The notes under the pieces were generated by a model, which was not told the origin of the DNA, did no database searches, and saw only the letters and a program-made list of their open reading frames with translations. Positions 63,515 to 64,000 of a stretch of DNA of 64,000 nt are shown piece after piece (the stretch's first letter is position 1; every line of letters starts with the position of its first letter). The DNA comes from an uncultured Actinomycetes bacterium (GTDB taxonomy: Bacteria; Actinomycetota; Acidimicrobiia; IMCC26256; DASPTH01), in NCBI GenBank assembly GCA_963725775.1, contig CAVRZT010000006.1, positions 14,734 through 78,733 on the forward strand, written 5' to 3'. A program made the position numbers and the translations under genes.

Positions 63515-63797
63515 GTGGCCCGCATCGTCCTCGTCCACGGAGCGTTCAACGAGCTGTGGGGCCCCAACGAGCTGAACGCCCCTGGTCGACGGCAAGGGCC
63601 AGTGGCCGGGCGCGGTCGAACGCTGGGTGAACGTACGCGCGGTCGGCGACCAGGCCGCCGCGGTGCCGTTGGCCGAACGCTTCGGCGACCGGGTCGAAGA
63701 CGTGCTGGTCGACAACGGGCACCGCGCGCACGCGCCTGAGCCCTACCTCAACTCGTCGGTCACCGGCGCGGCGATCGCCGACGCGCTCCGCCGCTGA
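63515..63797 (+). pseudogene. remnant of an alpha/beta-hydrolase-like gene (N- and C-termini only)
   Basis: ARIVLVHGAFNELWGPNEL (ORF 63515..) joins, in another frame, to ..WVNVRAVGDQAAAVPLAERFGDRVEDVLVDNGHRAH..-TGA at 63797. Only about 94 codons remain. Confidence 0.4.
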
Positions 63798-63828
63798 GCG
63801 ACACCTTCATCCGCTTCATCCGCGTCGC

Positions 63829-64000
63829 TCAGCGAACATCCTGGAGGGCGCCCATCAGCGAGCTCAGCCGACGCCGGGCGCGGCGGCGGACGTTGGCCGG
63901 CGTCGACGGGTTCTCCGCTACGGCCCGCACGACCTCCGGATCTCCGTCGCGTGCCAGCGCCTGCAACTGCTTCGCCGGAGTCGCCGGGTTCGCCGCCACC
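63829..64000 (-). CDS. hypothetical protein, 3' end only (repeat NP.TP motifs)
   Basis: The reverse strand reads ..[56 protein letters not shown]-stop (TGA at 63829-63831). Open to the window edge. Confidence 0.4.
   Translation of the reverse strand, partial: VAANPATPAKQLQALARDGDPEVVRAVAENPSTPANVRRRARRRLSSLMGALQDVR

Overview
Very GC-rich, Actinomycetota-like chromosomal segment (GC judged by eye, not computed). All family calls come from motifs read in the translated ORFs, because no database search was possible.

(1) 1-47.5 kb is one very large surface-glycan biosynthesis locus. It holds about 10 glycosyltransferases and a PglC-like initiating phosphoglycosyl transferase. It also holds a nonulosonic-acid (NeuB/NeuA-type) module, a bacillosamine-like 4,6-dehydratase/aminotransferase pair, and a CDP-hexose module with three C-methyltransferase-like genes. 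The remaining parts are an ATP-grasp/HAD pair, several deacetylases and acyltransferases, a Wzy-like membrane protein, a BY-tyrosine kinase with an LMW phosphatase, and an ABC-2 exporter.

(2) 47.6-58.3 kb is core metabolism: msrB-ridA-zwf-gnd-GNAT-pgi, a flavoprotein disulfide reductase, ppgK, DUF2203, pheA, serS and tRNA-Ser(UGA).

(3) 58.35-64 kb looks like a decayed integrated islet. It starts with a tandem duplication of the tRNA 3' end and an IS256-type transposase remnant. It then has a low-GC secreted-protein gene and several genes with internal deletions, next to intact corA and SDR genes.

Two patterns run through the window. About 50 single-nucleotide reading-frame breaks are present, strongly clumped in ugd, pheA and serS. 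At least 17 gene junctions use 4-nt start/stop overlaps. No CRISPR array, rRNA gene or intact prophage was seen.
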